This document shows, in pieces, positions 1-9,825 of a DNA stretch of 64,000 nt. The stretch covers positions 96,001 through 160,000 of the forward strand of contig CAXBMO010000009.1 of NCBI GenBank assembly GCA_963977015.1, in the 5' to 3' direction. Origin of the DNA: an uncultured bacterium. Its GTDB lineage: Bacteria > Verrucomicrobiota > Verrucomicrobiia > Verrucomicrobiales > DEV007. How positions within the stretch are numbered: the stretch's first letter is position 1; every line of letters begins with the position of its first letter. Both the position numbers and the translations under genes were made by a program. The notes under the pieces were generated by a model. That model was not told where the DNA came from and did no database searches. It saw nothing but the letters and a program-made list of their open reading frames with translations.

Positions 1-1308
1 GATTTGGTTGTTGGAATTGGTCGAAGCCGGTTGCTCCGCATTGGCCAGATTTTCAAGTTTCCCGCCTGCCAATTCCTCAAACGAGAGATGAGCAATGAGC
101 TTGGCCGGTTCACTTGGCGGAGCATTCAAGATCTCCGCTTCGAGCATTTCAATTTCGCGCTCAACCGCTGCCAATGCGTCCTTCTGCCTCTCGGTCGGCA
201 ACTCCAGGGTTGGCGTCGGAACCGATGAGGTGAAAAACGAGTAGAGCCCGGCCTCGTCGATGTTGTTGAAGAACGCGCTCAGCGAAAAATAGTCGCGCTG
301 CGTGAGGGGATCATATTTGTGATCGTGACAGCGGGTGCACTCCATCGTGAGCCCGAGAAACGCCGTCCCGAACGTGTGCAGGCGATCCGACACGTATTCG
401 ATGCGGAACTCTTCCTCGACGCTGCCGCCTTCGACCTTTTGGGGGTGGAGGCGATTGAAGCATGTCGCGAGAATCTGGTCATGCGTCGCGTTCGGAAGCA
501 AATCGCCGGCAACCTGCCAGGTGATGAAGTCGTCGTAGGGCAGGTTCTCCCGAAACGCGCGAATCACCCAATCGCGCCATGGCCAGACGGTGCGATTGCG
601 GTCAACCTGATAGCCGTAGGTGTCGGAATAGCGGGCGACATCGAGCCACTCGCTCGTCATGCGCTCGGCGTAGGCGTCCGAATCAAGCAACCGGTCGACC
701 ACCGCTTCATGGGCTTTCGGAGATGGATCGGCGAGAAAGGCGTCAATCTCCGCGATCGTCGGAGGCAGGCCGGTGAGATCGAACGTGACCCGGCGCAGCC
801 ACTTTTCCCGGCTGACTTCCGCCGATGGCTCGAACCCCGCGTTTTTCAGTTTTCGCAGGACAAAGCGATCGATGGGATTGCGAGCCCAGCCCTCCCCTTC
901 CGCCGGTACGGAAATGGTTTCCGGAAGGGGGCGAAACGACCAATGCTGCTCATACCTGGCCCCTTCGCGAATCCACTGATCAATGACCTCGCGCTCGGCC
1001 TTGGTCAGCGTCATTTTTGCGCTGGGAGGCGGCATGATTTCATCGGGATCGTCGGTATGCAGCCGCCAATGAACTTCGCTTTTGTCGAGATTTCCGGGAA
1101 CGATTCCAAAATAGCCGCCCAAGTCCTGAGTCGCCGCATCAAAGCTATCGAGCCGGAACTCCGATTTTTGGTTCTTCGCGTCAGGACCGTGGCATTTGAA
1201 GCACTTGTCCGAGAGAATCGGGCGGACATCCTGATTGAAATCGACCTCCGCAAAGCTGTTTCCCAACAGGCAGGAAACAAGGAGAAACTGGAACGCACGA
1301 AGGGGCAT
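1..1308 (-). CDS. Planctomycete cytochrome c / DUF1549 (PSCyt2) / probable DUF1553 protein, truncated at window edge
   Basis: Not in ORF track because there is no stop in the window. Hand translation from ATG 1308 gives a signal peptide then VDFNQDVRPILSDKCFKCHGPD (CxxCH), and later LGLTMECTRCHDHKYDPLTQRDYFSLSAFFNN, typical of DUF1549. Confidence 0.9.
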   Translation of the reverse strand, partial: MPLRAFQFLLVSCLLGNSFAEVDFNQDVRPILSDKCFKCHGPDAKNQKSEFRLDSFDAATQDLGGYFGIVPGNLDKSEVHWRLHTDDPDEIMPPPSAKMTLTKAEREVIDQWIREGARYEQHWSFRPLPETISVPAEGEGWARNPIDRFVLRKLKNAGFEPSAEVSREKWLRRVTFDLTGLPPTIAEIDAFLADPSPKAHEAVVDRLLDSDAYAERMTSEWLDVARYSDTYGYQVDRNRTVWPWRDWVIRAFRENLPYDDFITWQVAGDLLPNATHDQILATCFNRLHPQKVEGGSVEEEFRIEYVSDRLHTFGTAFLGLTMECTRCHDHKYDPLTQRDYFSLSAFFNNIDEAGLYSFFTSSVPTPTLELPTERQKDALAAVEREIEMLEAEILNAPPSEPAKLIAHLSFEELAGGKLENLANAEQPASTNSNNQI

Positions 1309-1356
1309 GTGCACTAATAACTGCACAACCAGGCCGAATCTTACGCTTTTTCGCCG

Positions 1357-2067
1357 CTAACTCCCCAGATCTTCCCGCAAACTGTAACCCACCCCACGAT
1401 GCGTCGTGATTGGATCGACCGATTCATCAATCTCGCGAAGCTTGGCCCGCAAGGTTTTGATATGGGCATCGACGGTTCGATCCAGCGACGCTTCCGGCTC
1501 CTCCCAAACGTGATCCATCAGCTGATCGCGGGTGTAGACACGGCCCGGATGCTCGGCGAGCAATCGCAGGAGGCCGAATTCATAACGTGTCAGGCTGATG
1601 GCTTGACCGCGAAATCGAATCTGAAGCCGCTTCTCATCAATCGCAAACGCCGCTGAGGCGGCCTCGTCATCGACCGGGTCTGCGTTGTTGGATGAATTTC
1701 CTGACGACCGCCGCAATACGGCTCGAACCCTCGCCACCAGCTCCCGCGGGCTGAACGGTTTGACGACGTAATCATCCGCGCCCAGTTCCAGGCCGACTAC
1801 GCGATCGATTTCGCCTTCCCGCGCCGTCAGAAAGATGATCGGAATTTGAGACGACTTGCGGACTTCGCGGCACACATCGAACCCGCTGATATCCGGTAAT
1901 CCGACATCGAGCACAATCAGAGCGGGGTTCTCACTCTCAAACGCCTCGAGCCCCTCCCGTCCCGTCGGGCAATGAATCGGGCAAAAGCCTTCGGTTTGGA
2001 GCGAATACTCGATATTTTCCGCAATGGAAGGTTCGTCTTCGACGATGAGGATGGTCGGTTGCGCCAC
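1357..2067 (-). CDS. creB: OmpR-family response regulator, CreB-like
   Basis: ILIVEDE...VLDVGLPD...ADDYVVKPFSPREL receiver domain; winged-helix DRTVDAHIKTLRAKL...THRGVGY. GTG 2067 preferred as start. No adjacent kinase. Confidence 0.8.
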   Translation of the reverse strand: MAQPTILIVEDEPSIAENIEYSLQTEGFCPIHCPTGREGLEAFESENPALIVLDVGLPDISGFDVCREVRKSSQIPIIFLTAREGEIDRVVGLELGADDYVVKPFSPRELVARVRAVLRRSSGNSSNNADPVDDEAASAAFAIDEKRLQIRFRGQAISLTRYEFGLLRLLAEHPGRVYTRDQLMDHVWEEPEASLDRTVDAHIKTLRAKLREIDESVDPITTHRGVGYSLREDLGS

Positions 2068-2169
2068 GCCCCAAGGTTGAGCCAATCTCGTGCGAAAGGA
2101 AAACCGAAATTCAAGTTTGCCGTCACAAAACAGTTGCCCCCTCGCGCAACTAACCCTAACGCTTTTCGC

Positions 2170-2616
2170 GTGTCAAAACCACTCGTTCTCATTCTCTGCA
2201 CCGGGAATTCCTGCCGCTCCCAGATGGCTGAAGGTTTCCTCCGTGAAGCTGCCGGTGATGGTCTGGAAGTTGCGAGCGCCGGGTCGACCCCCAGTGGCTA
2301 TGTCCACCCCTCGGCGGTCGTCGCGATGCAGGAAGTTGGGATCGACATCTCCAGTGGCACGTCCAAGCACATGAACGAGTTTCTCGACCGAAACGTGGAA
2401 ACCATCATTACGGTTTGTGGAAATGCCGATCAGGCATGCCCGGAGTTTCCCGGCCAAATCAATCGCTATCACTGGCCTTTTGTTGATCCCGCCTACGCGG
2501 AAGGCACCGACGAAGAGAAAATGCAGGTATTTCGCCAGGTTCGAGACGAAATCCGCCAAGTTTTTACCGCATACGCACTCGGGCGGGTTGACGGTCGGCG
2601 TGAAGTAGGCCAGTAA
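2170..2616 (+). CDS. arsC: Arsenate reductase, thioredoxin-dependent (LMW-PTP fold)
   Basis: CTGNSCRSQMAEG P-loop plus TVCGNADQACP resolving cysteines and HWPFVDP; start GTG 2170. Confidence 0.85.
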   Translation: MSKPLVLILCTGNSCRSQMAEGFLREAAGDGLEVASAGSTPSGYVHPSAVVAMQEVGIDISSGTSKHMNEFLDRNVETIITVCGNADQACPEFPGQINRYHWPFVDPAYAEGTDEEKMQVFRQVRDEIRQVFTAYALGRVDGRREVGQ

Positions 2617-2634
2617 CGGCATCACCAATACCGC

Positions 2635-3207
2635 GTGAAAGCCTACCAAATTTTCCAATCCCTTTCTCCAGAACTCGGAACCACGATATTCGAGGATCTG
2701 CGGGAAAATCACCGCGATGTTTACAAGAGCATCCTCGTTTCCATCGCCCAGGAAAAACGGCTGCGTCCGGTGTTCGTCCAGCGCAAACCCGTTGTTCAGC
2801 AAATCAAGTGGATGGGCGACAGCTGCAAGTTGCGCCCCTGCAACAGCGTTGCGGAACATCTTCTCCAAATCTGGCTGCTCAAGTCGCAGCAGGAAATGCT
2901 GAAGTCGTTTCTCGACGATCTCGGAATCGAGCACGATGACGAAGGCACCGCCGAAGATTTGCCGGACGAACTGGAACCCAAGAAGCTCAAGTCCGCAGTC
3001 GATGGGCTCCTTAAAAAGTACCCGAGAGAAAACGTCGCCCTTTATCTTCACGTCTTCCAACTTCAACAATCCGGCGGCTGGTCCGAGCTTTCCGATCTCC
3101 TGGAAACAGATGATCGCCTCGCATTGGGTGAAGCCAAGCCCAAGCCCGAGCCTGAGGAAGTGAAGCCAGAGGAAGCGGCCCCCGCGACCGAAGCCGCCGC
3201 TGAGTAA
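2635..3207 (+). CDS. Hypothetical protein
   Basis: 190-aa ORF 18 bp after arsC, same strand, acidic low-complexity tail. Confidence 0.75.
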   Translation: MKAYQIFQSLSPELGTTIFEDLRENHRDVYKSILVSIAQEKRLRPVFVQRKPVVQQIKWMGDSCKLRPCNSVAEHLLQIWLLKSQQEMLKSFLDDLGIEHDDEGTAEDLPDELEPKKLKSAVDGLLKKYPRENVALYLHVFQLQQSGGWSELSDLLETDDRLALGEAKPKPEPEEVKPEEAAPATEAAAE

Positions 3208-3249
3208 ATTCGGCTTGCGCTTGGCGAGACTCCTCCGGAACATGGAGGA

Positions 3250-3807
3250 ATGAATGCTAGGTTCGGAATCGCGATGACCGTCGCACTTTCTGCCTTGGTC
3301 GGCTGTTTCTCAGAGCCCGAGCCCGACGCATCCCCGTCTGCTCCAGACTCTCCCGCCCCTGCTCCCGTGGTAACAGAGAGCTTCCCGATTACCCGGTCCC
3401 TGGTGGACAACAAGGACCGGACGATCAAAGCTCACCTGATTGGGCGTTCTGACTCGCATGTCCGATTCTATCGGTTGGGAACATCGACCCGAGAGATCTT
3501 CACCTACCCAATCAAGAATTTGTCGGTGGAGGACCAGGTATTTCTCGCCCGGCTTCCGACAACCTTTTCCCAACCGCTCGACACCACTGAGGCTCCCACC
3601 ACGGCAGAAAGTGCCCGCGAGGTGCGATTGCGCAATCTGGATCTCGAAATCGCCCGTCAGGAGGAGAGAATTGAGGAAGTGCAACAACGCCTTCATCCCG
3701 ACATGCCGAATTCCCAGCGGAAAGCGGTCAAGAATGAGATCATCCGCAAGGTGGCGGAGCTCAAGAAACTGGAAGAGCGCAAAAAGGAAATCCTCGCTCA
3801 ACCATAA
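3250..3807 (+). CDS. Lipoprotein with SHD1-like domain and C-terminal coiled coil
   Basis: Lipobox-like LVGC; RSLVDNKDRTIKAHLIG...PIKNLSVEDQVFL resembles the bacterial SHD1-like module; charged heptad C-terminus. Confidence 0.6.
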   Translation: MNARFGIAMTVALSALVGCFSEPEPDASPSAPDSPAPAPVVTESFPITRSLVDNKDRTIKAHLIGRSDSHVRFYRLGTSTREIFTYPIKNLSVEDQVFLARLPTTFSQPLDTTEAPTTAESAREVRLRNLDLEIARQEERIEEVQQRLHPDMPNSQRKAVKNEIIRKVAELKKLEERKKEILAQP

Positions 3808-3815
3808 TCAACCGA

Positions 3816-4430
3816 TCACGGGTTTCCGTGAATGTAGAGAAACGTTCCGTCTTTCAGCAATCCGGTGACCAACTCCAGATCCTCTTGGCGAACCGCCGGG
3901 CAACCGAGGCTGCGGCCAATCCTCGGCCCGAGACCTTCCGCGATGTTTTGCCCGATGATTTCTTCGGAAACATACCACGCGGAATGAAGCACGATTTTGC
4001 GGTGATAGGCACGATCGTTCACCCCAGATTCGAGCCCGTGGAGCTTCAGGCTTTTTCCCCAGCTGCCACGATAGGGCGAACCCACGCGATACAACCCCAG
4101 GCTGGTTTGTTTGGATCCGGAGCGATTTGAGAAATCCGTCGCGAAAATGCCCCCCGTATTCCGGCCATGCGCGCAAAAGAAGCGTTTTGCCCGGCATTCA
4201 CCCCGCTCGTAAATGTCCATCCGCTTCAGGTAAGACGGCTTCGTGAAATCAATCACGGCGAGTGTCTCGATGGATGAAACGGGAATCTTCTCCTGCGCGA
4301 TCGCAGCCCAGGCCGCATCCAAAGCGGCATAACTTGGCCGGTCCAGAGCTTGATCGTAAGAGGCGACTGCTGCCTGACCGCCGCTGAGCAGGCAATAGAG
4401 TGCGAAGACCGTATCAATTCCAAAAAACAT
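3816..4430 (-). CDS. Murein L,D-transpeptidase catalytic-domain protein (YkuD_2-like)
   Basis: VIDFTKPS..KR, AHGRNTG, FSNRSGSKQTSLG, IVLHSAWYV, GRSLGCPAV motifs; start uncertain. Confidence 0.85.
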   Translation of the reverse strand: MFFGIDTVFALYCLLSGGQAAVASYDQALDRPSYAALDAAWAAIAQEKIPVSSIETLAVIDFTKPSYLKRMDIYERGECRAKRFFCAHGRNTGGIFATDFSNRSGSKQTSLGLYRVGSPYRGSWGKSLKLHGLESGVNDRAYHRKIVLHSAWYVSEEIIGQNIAEGLGPRIGRSLGCPAVRQEDLELVTGLLKDGTFLYIHGNP

Positions 4431-4600
4431 CGGGAGGGAAGCGCGCAATTTAACACTCGCCAAACGAATACGTAAATCGGGAAAATCGCGGGAGCTGCAA
4501 CTTTGGAAGCTCAGCCCTGCTGATCTATTCAGCCGGAAAAACAGCGACGAAGTCCGAATTCCAACGTGCAAATCCCCGCCGATTCGTAAATCATCGCTCC

Positions 4601-5380
4601 ATGAAACGCGTTTTGCTCACCGGAGCCGCCGGAATCGTGGGAACCGCCTTGCGTCCGCTCTTGGCCCAACGCTATGAAACGCTCATTTCCACGGATCGCG
4701 CACCGATCACGAATCCCGCTGAAAATGAAGAGGTAACGCTCGGAGACATCGCTGATCTGGATTTCATTCGGAATTTGGCGAACGGCGTGGATGGGATCGT
4801 CCACTTGGCGGGGATGGTTGGCCCGGACTACACGTTTGACGAAGTCCTCGAACCCAACATCGTCGGAACGCACAACGTTCTGACCGCCGCACGATTCGCG
4901 AACGTGCCGAACGTCGTTTACGCGAGCAGCCATCACGCGGTGGGCTTCCTTAAACGGGGAGAGTTCATCAACCACCAGACTGCGCCGCGACCGGACAGCC
5001 AATACGGCTTGAGCAAGGCCTACGGAGAGTCGGCCGGTTCGTTCTTTGCCGACAAATACGGGCTGAATGTGATGGCGATCCGGATTGGGTTTGTCGGCGA
5101 CGAAGTGATCGACGAACGCCGCCTTCACACCTGGATCAGCCCCCGCGACCTGGCGCAACTCGTCCACATCGGCCTTTCGACGCCCAATCTCGGTTTTGAG
5201 CTGGTTTACGGAGTCTCCGACATCACAGAGCCGTTTTTCGACAACACGAACGCGGCCCGCCTTGGCTACCAGCCGCTCGACCGGGCTGTCGATCACCTCG
5301 CAGACCCGGCGATTCTTGAGGCGAAACCCGATCCCAATTCACCGGAGGGAATCTATATCGGTGGCCATTTCGCCGCCTAA
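4601..5380 (+). CDS. NAD-dependent epimerase/dehydratase, uronate dehydrogenase-like
   Basis: TGAAGIVG Rossmann motif, ASSHHAVGF, RPDSQYGLSK, IRIG, TWISPRD as in Udh-type SDRs. Confidence 0.8.
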   Translation: MKRVLLTGAAGIVGTALRPLLAQRYETLISTDRAPITNPAENEEVTLGDIADLDFIRNLANGVDGIVHLAGMVGPDYTFDEVLEPNIVGTHNVLTAARFANVPNVVYASSHHAVGFLKRGEFINHQTAPRPDSQYGLSKAYGESAGSFFADKYGLNVMAIRIGFVGDEVIDERRLHTWISPRDLAQLVHIGLSTPNLGFELVYGVSDITEPFFDNTNAARLGYQPLDRAVDHLADPAILEAKPDPNSPEGIYIGGHFAA

Positions 5381-5382
5381 CC

Positions 5383-6456
5383 ATGAAGATCACAGCCGTA
5401 GAACCAATCGTCCTCTCGATTCCCTTTGATGCCGGAGGTTCGGGCGAAGGCATCATGCCAACGACGTGGAGCACGCTCGATTTCTGTCTGGTCCGAATCG
5501 AGACCGACTCCGGTTTGACCGGCTGGGGCGAAGGTTTCGGCTATTTCTGCAGCCAAAGCACCGCCGCGATCATCGAGCGCTCCATTGCACCGCTTCTCAT
5601 CGGTCGCGAACTGGGTGATCCTCGCGAACTCGGAGCCGAAATCCAACGGAAGCTGGTGCTGCAGGGGCGATACGGGATCACGATTTTCGCGCTTTCCGGC
5701 GTCGATCTGGCGTTGTGGGATTTGAAGGCCAAGGCGGAAGGCGTTTCGCTTGCGGAGTTGCTCGGCGGCCGGGTTCGCGAGGAGATTCCCGCCTACGCCA
5801 GCCTCGTGCGCTACGCCGACCTGGATCTCGTCGCCCAAAAATGCGAGAGCGCAGCCTCGGCTGGCTACGAAGAGATCAAGCTGCATGAAATTACGATGCC
5901 CGAAATCCGGAAGTGTCGCGAAACGATCGGGCCGGATTTGCGAATGACCGTTGATGTGAATTGCAACTGGACGCTCGATTTTACCCGCGAAGTCATTCCC
6001 GAGCTGATAGCGCTCGGCTCCCGTTGGCTCGAGGAACCGATTTTCCCGCCGGAGGATTTCCGCACCCTGGCCAAGTTGCGCGCGGAATCCGGAATGGCGA
6101 TCGCAACGGGTGAAAACGCCTGCACCGCTTTTCAGTTTGAGGAGATGCTCCGTCTGGAAGCGACTGACTATCTCCAGCCCAGCATCACGAAAGTTGGAGG
6201 CGTGAGCGAGTTTTTGAAGATTACCGAGTTGAATCGGAAGATGGCGAATCTTCCGCTCATGCCACATTCACCGTACTTTGGCCCCGGCTATCTCGCGACG
6301 CTGCAAATGGCGGCCCTCGAACCGGCGTTTGCGCAATTTGAGTATCTCTACATTGAGCCGGAAACGTGGCTTTTCCCGGATATGCCGCTGCCGGTGAACG
6401 GAAAAATCCTGATTCCGGACGGACCGGGTTTGGGCATGGATCCGATTCTGCCCTAA
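5383..6456 (+). CDS. Mandelate racemase/muconate lactonising (enolase superfamily) enzyme
   Basis: ALSGVDLALWDLKAK; metal ligands in VDVN, WLEEP and TGEN; MPH His. Confidence 0.9.
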   Translation: MKITAVEPIVLSIPFDAGGSGEGIMPTTWSTLDFCLVRIETDSGLTGWGEGFGYFCSQSTAAIIERSIAPLLIGRELGDPRELGAEIQRKLVLQGRYGITIFALSGVDLALWDLKAKAEGVSLAELLGGRVREEIPAYASLVRYADLDLVAQKCESAASAGYEEIKLHEITMPEIRKCRETIGPDLRMTVDVNCNWTLDFTREVIPELIALGSRWLEEPIFPPEDFRTLAKLRAESGMAIATGENACTAFQFEEMLRLEATDYLQPSITKVGGVSEFLKITELNRKMANLPLMPHSPYFGPGYLATLQMAALEPAFAQFEYLYIEPETWLFPDMPLPVNGKILIPDGPGLGMDPILP

Positions 6457-7229
6457 CGCAGAAATTCGAGAACCGCCGCATTGAACGCAGCGCTCGCTTC
6501 GTGATTCGACAAATGAGCGGAATCGAGCTCGATGACTCGGGCATCGGGCATGAGCCCGGCGAACTGACGCGTCCATTCCGGCGGCGTCGCGCGATCGTGC
6601 CTGCCATAAATGACGAGGCTCGGGGTTCGCATCTCGCCCAGCCCTTTCATCAAATCCATTGCGCAAAGCGCGTCGCAAGTGGCGGCGTAGCCTTCCGCCT
6701 TCGTCGCCAGCAGCATCTCGCGAATCTCTGCAAGAAGGCCCGGGTTTGAAGCTCGAAACCCGCTCGTGAACCAACGATCCAGCACATTTTCAGCGATGCA
6801 GGAAAGCCCCAGCTTTCGAATCAGGTCAGCGCGGCTTCGCAGCAAGCCGGGATCCTCAATTCTGGCCGCGCAATTCGCCAAGACCAGCTTCTCCATCCGG
6901 TCCGGCGTCTCCTGGCCAAGCCAAAGTCCAACCATTCCTCCCAACGACAAGCCACAAAACGAAACTCGCTCCAAATCGAGAAAATCCAGCAACTCGATCA
7001 CATCCCGGCCAAACTCTGCAATCGACCAGGCTCCCGCCGGATGGCTCGAATTGCCGTGGCCCCGTTGATCGTAAACGAGGAGTCGAAAGCGTTCGCCCAG
7101 TTCCTCGATTTGAGGATTCCACAGGTTGTGGGATGCCCCAAGAGAGTGCGAGAGCACCAAAACCGGCCCCGAATCCCGCCCATTCCACTCGTAGAAGAGC
7201 CGCCTTTGCGCTGTCTCGAAGACCGGCAT
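6453..7229 (-). CDS. Alpha/beta hydrolase, 3-oxoadipate enol-lactonase (PcaD)-like
   Basis: LSHSLG, YDQRGHG, GLSLGG nucleophile elbow, D.ATPP, AHLSN. Confidence 0.8.
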   Translation of the reverse strand: MPVFETAQRRLFYEWNGRDSGPVLVLSHSLGASHNLWNPQIEELGERFRLLVYDQRGHGNSSHPAGAWSIAEFGRDVIELLDFLDLERVSFCGLSLGGMVGLWLGQETPDRMEKLVLANCAARIEDPGLLRSRADLIRKLGLSCIAENVLDRWFTSGFRASNPGLLAEIREMLLATKAEGYAATCDALCAMDLMKGLGEMRTPSLVIYGRHDRATPPEWTRQFAGLMPDARVIELDSAHLSNHEASAAFNAAVLEFLR

Positions 7230-8023
7230 CAATACGCGGATTCTGAATTCGAGTCTGGAGCACCAGCGCGAAACTCAGAAACCACGCCCGCCGCTCCCGC
7301 CATCATCAGGCGCATGTCCGAACTTACGGAAACGAAATTGGCCCCCAATTTCCCCATCCGCTGCGCATAGGCCACGGTCGCGTTGTGAACGCCAACCCAT
7401 TTCCCCTTCGCTCTCGCGGTCTTCACGATGTGTTCGATCGCTTCCACGACAGGCGTTTCCTCCTGATCGAATTTGGGCGTGCATCCCAGGGCGAGCGACA
7501 AATCCGCCGGACCGATGTAAACCGCCTTCAGTTCATCCACATCGAGAATCGCATCCAGATTTTCGAGCGCCTCCCGGCTTTCGATCATCGCGATGGAAAG
7601 GATCTCTTGATTTGCAGATTGGTAATACTCCGGCCCTTCGTAAAGCCCGACCCGAATCGGCCCGAAACTGCGGGTGCCAACCGGCGCGTAGTTGCAGGAC
7701 CGCACAAAGCGCGCCGCCTCGTCCTTTGAGTTGATCATCGGGCAAATGATCCCGAAACATCCCGCATCCAGCATCCGCATGACGATCCCTTCGTCGAGCC
7801 AGGGAACGCGCGCCATCGCGACAACCGGTTTGGGCGCGGTGGAGATGGCGATCAACATTTGAAGCGCGACTTGGTAATCCGCCAACCCGTGTTGCATGTC
7901 GATGGTCAGGGAATCCCAGCCTTGGTGCGCCATTGCTTCCGCGGCAGACGGATTCGGGATCGCGAGCCAACCATTCAAAGTCGGCTGGCCCTTCTTCCAG
8001 GCCTGAATCAGGGGGTTCTTCAT
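7229..8023 (-). CDS. HpcH/HpaI (class II pyruvate) aldolase
   Basis: IDMQHG, ARVP, AMIES, YIGPADLS motifs; overlaps the start of the next gene. Confidence 0.9.
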   Translation of the reverse strand: MKNPLIQAWKKGQPTLNGWLAIPNPSAAEAMAHQGWDSLTIDMQHGLADYQVALQMLIAISTAPKPVVAMARVPWLDEGIVMRMLDAGCFGIICPMINSKDEAARFVRSCNYAPVGTRSFGPIRVGLYEGPEYYQSANQEILSIAMIESREALENLDAILDVDELKAVYIGPADLSLALGCTPKFDQEETPVVEAIEHIVKTARAKGKWVGVHNATVAYAQRMGKLGANFVSVSSDMRLMMAGAAGVVSEFRAGAPDSNSESAY

Positions 8024-8125
8024 GGCTCGATCACAACATTTGGCAGCATTTCATTCCTATAACGCCCGACGCCTGATTCTCAAAAAGCACATTTCTCCAA
8101 AATTCGAGAATCAAAATCTTGAATA

Positions 8126-8140
8126 TTATAATAATTATGG
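8126..8140. promoter_or_regulatory. Per/Fur-box-like palindrome (putative)
   Basis: TTATAAT-A-ATTATGG, 12/14 match to TTATAATnATTATAA, between divergent genes. Confidence 0.35.
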
Positions 8141-8178
8141 ATAAAGTTGTCGTTAGAATCACTAAACCACTCTCAATC

Positions 8179-9825
8179 ATGAACCTGATCTCACTTTCTG
8201 GATTCAGCTTTCGCAAAAATAATAACAACGCCTTTTCCCTGCTGGAAGGGCTCCTTGTTGTTGCGATTATCGGAATCCTTTCTTCCATCGCGGTCGTTTC
8301 GACCGGCGGAATCAATGAATCGGCCAAGCTCTCCAAGCTGGAATCGGACGTTTCCAGCCTGAATTCCGCCATCAAGATCTATCTTGCCAACGGCGGCGAC
8401 CTCACGGGAGTTTCCGATCCTCAATCCATCATCGACAAGCTCAAAACGCGGAGGAGCGACAGTTCCGCAGAGCGATTCGCCGGTCTTCGCTCATCGATGG
8501 TCGACAAGCGCCTCGCGGTGGTGATGCAGTCGTCCACGGAAGCGTCAACCACCCGCACCAGAGCGATCTGGGACGCGACGACGTCACGGTTTGTCGTCAA
8601 GAAATCCGGGGCAAGCGGAGTGAGTTACTTCCGGCTGGACGACGCCCTGGCGCTTGGCGATTACGGAACCGAAAACCGGGAAGCTTCCCCCATCGATCTC
8701 AATCCCAATGATGGATGGGTTTGGACCTACAGCGATTCCAACCCGATTTCGGGACCGGCTCCAACAACGATTACGCTGGCAAATCCAGGATCCAGTTCCA
8801 GTGGCAGTTCTGGATCAACGGGCAGCGGTTCGGGCTCGAGCGGCAGCGATGGAGGCTCTGGAAATAATGGAGGAAGCAACAATGGCCATGGCAACAACGA
8901 AGATGGCGTTGATGTCTCCAATCCCGGGAACGGCCATGGCGGCCCCAACGGCTCGGACGATCCATCCGGTGATATTGACGATGAAATCTCCCCACAGCGC
9001 TTGAGTCGGCCGAACTTCAACCCCGGCAGTGCCTATCACGCGGCCTCGTCGTTTCCGTTGTTCATCTCCATCAGCAATCCCAATTCCTCGACCGTTTCCT
9101 ACGTTGAGTATCGGGTCGATGGTGGAAGCTGGCAGTCCTACAACGGCTCCCCGGTCGAGATTCATCCAAACCAGCGGCTCCAGGCGAAGGCCAAGACAAC
9201 GGATTCGGTCAACTGGCTGGACAGTTCCACGCGCTCCCGGACGTTCCGCCCGCTCGTCGAGAACTTCGAAGGAATGGCCAATACATATTGGCACAATCCC
9301 GTCGGCGGACCAAACCTGGTTCACCAGATCACGACGCCGGGAGACGGCAGCAGCAGCATCGTCCACGGAAATACCACGATCGTCGTCAACGGTGTCGAGC
9401 AGCGGGTCGGCACGGCCAACTCTCTTGGCTTTGAGCCCTCGAACTTCGGCGGAGTCAGCCTGGGACAGACGTTTCAGATGGGAATGCTCACCTACTACAA
9501 CGGCTCCACGTTCAACCAGAGCGATGCATCCGAAGTCACCCTGCGGCTGGATCTTACCTTCAACGAGCCAGCCATGACAGCGGCGATCGACATCCCGTTC
9601 AGCCTCGTCAGCTCCCCCAACAGCGACGACCCGTTCGCCAGTGCGGACAGCGTCATCTTTACGGACCAGACCTTTAGTCTTCCGACCGTGAACGGCGTTC
9701 GCTACGAACTCCAACTGGAGTTTGGCAACATCAGCAATGGCGGCTTCGGAACGGGCTCAACCCTGAGCGCTTTCGAGGGCGAACAGGCAGCCGTTCAAGT
9801 CAACGCACGGCTACGGGCGCGCTGA
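8179..9825 (+). CDS. Large pilin-like protein with prepilin N-terminus, Ser/Gly linker, NNGHGN motif and choice-of-anchor-K-like C-terminus
   Basis: NNNA|FSLLEGLLVVAIIGILSSIAV type IV prepilin motif (E+5); NNGHGNNEDGVDVSNPG; C-terminal FQMGMLTYYNGS...ASADSV. Confidence 0.75.
   Translation: MNLISLSGFSFRKNNNNAFSLLEGLLVVAIIGILSSIAVVSTGGINESAKLSKLESDVSSLNSAIKIYLANGGDLTGVSDPQSIIDKLKTRRSDSSAERFAGLRSSMVDKRLAVVMQSSTEASTTRTRAIWDATTSRFVVKKSGASGVSYFRLDDALALGDYGTENREASPIDLNPNDGWVWTYSDSNPISGPAPTTITLANPGSSSSGSSGSTGSGSGSSGSDGGSGNNGGSNNGHGNNEDGVDVSNPGNGHGGPNGSDDPSGDIDDEISPQRLSRPNFNPGSAYHAASSFPLFISISNPNSSTVSYVEYRVDGGSWQSYNGSPVEIHPNQRLQAKAKTTDSVNWLDSSTRSRTFRPLVENFEGMANTYWHNPVGGPNLVHQITTPGDGSSSIVHGNTTIVVNGVEQRVGTANSLGFEPSNFGGVSLGQTFQMGMLTYYNGSTFNQSDASEVTLRLDLTFNEPAMTAAIDIPFSLVSSPNSDDPFASADSVIFTDQTFSLPTVNGVRYELQLEFGNISNGGFGTGSTLSAFEGEQAAVQVNARLRAR

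Noticed and set aside
319-1317. 332-aa plus-strand ORF, and similar long shadow ORFs such as 2173-3243, 27218-28165, 36068-37306 and 60938-61858
   Set aside because: They lie antisense to genes with clear family motifs; typical GC-rich shadow frames with no recognisable motifs.
6453-7229. Beta-ketoadipate (pca) pathway
   Set aside because: No other pca or cat genes are in the window.
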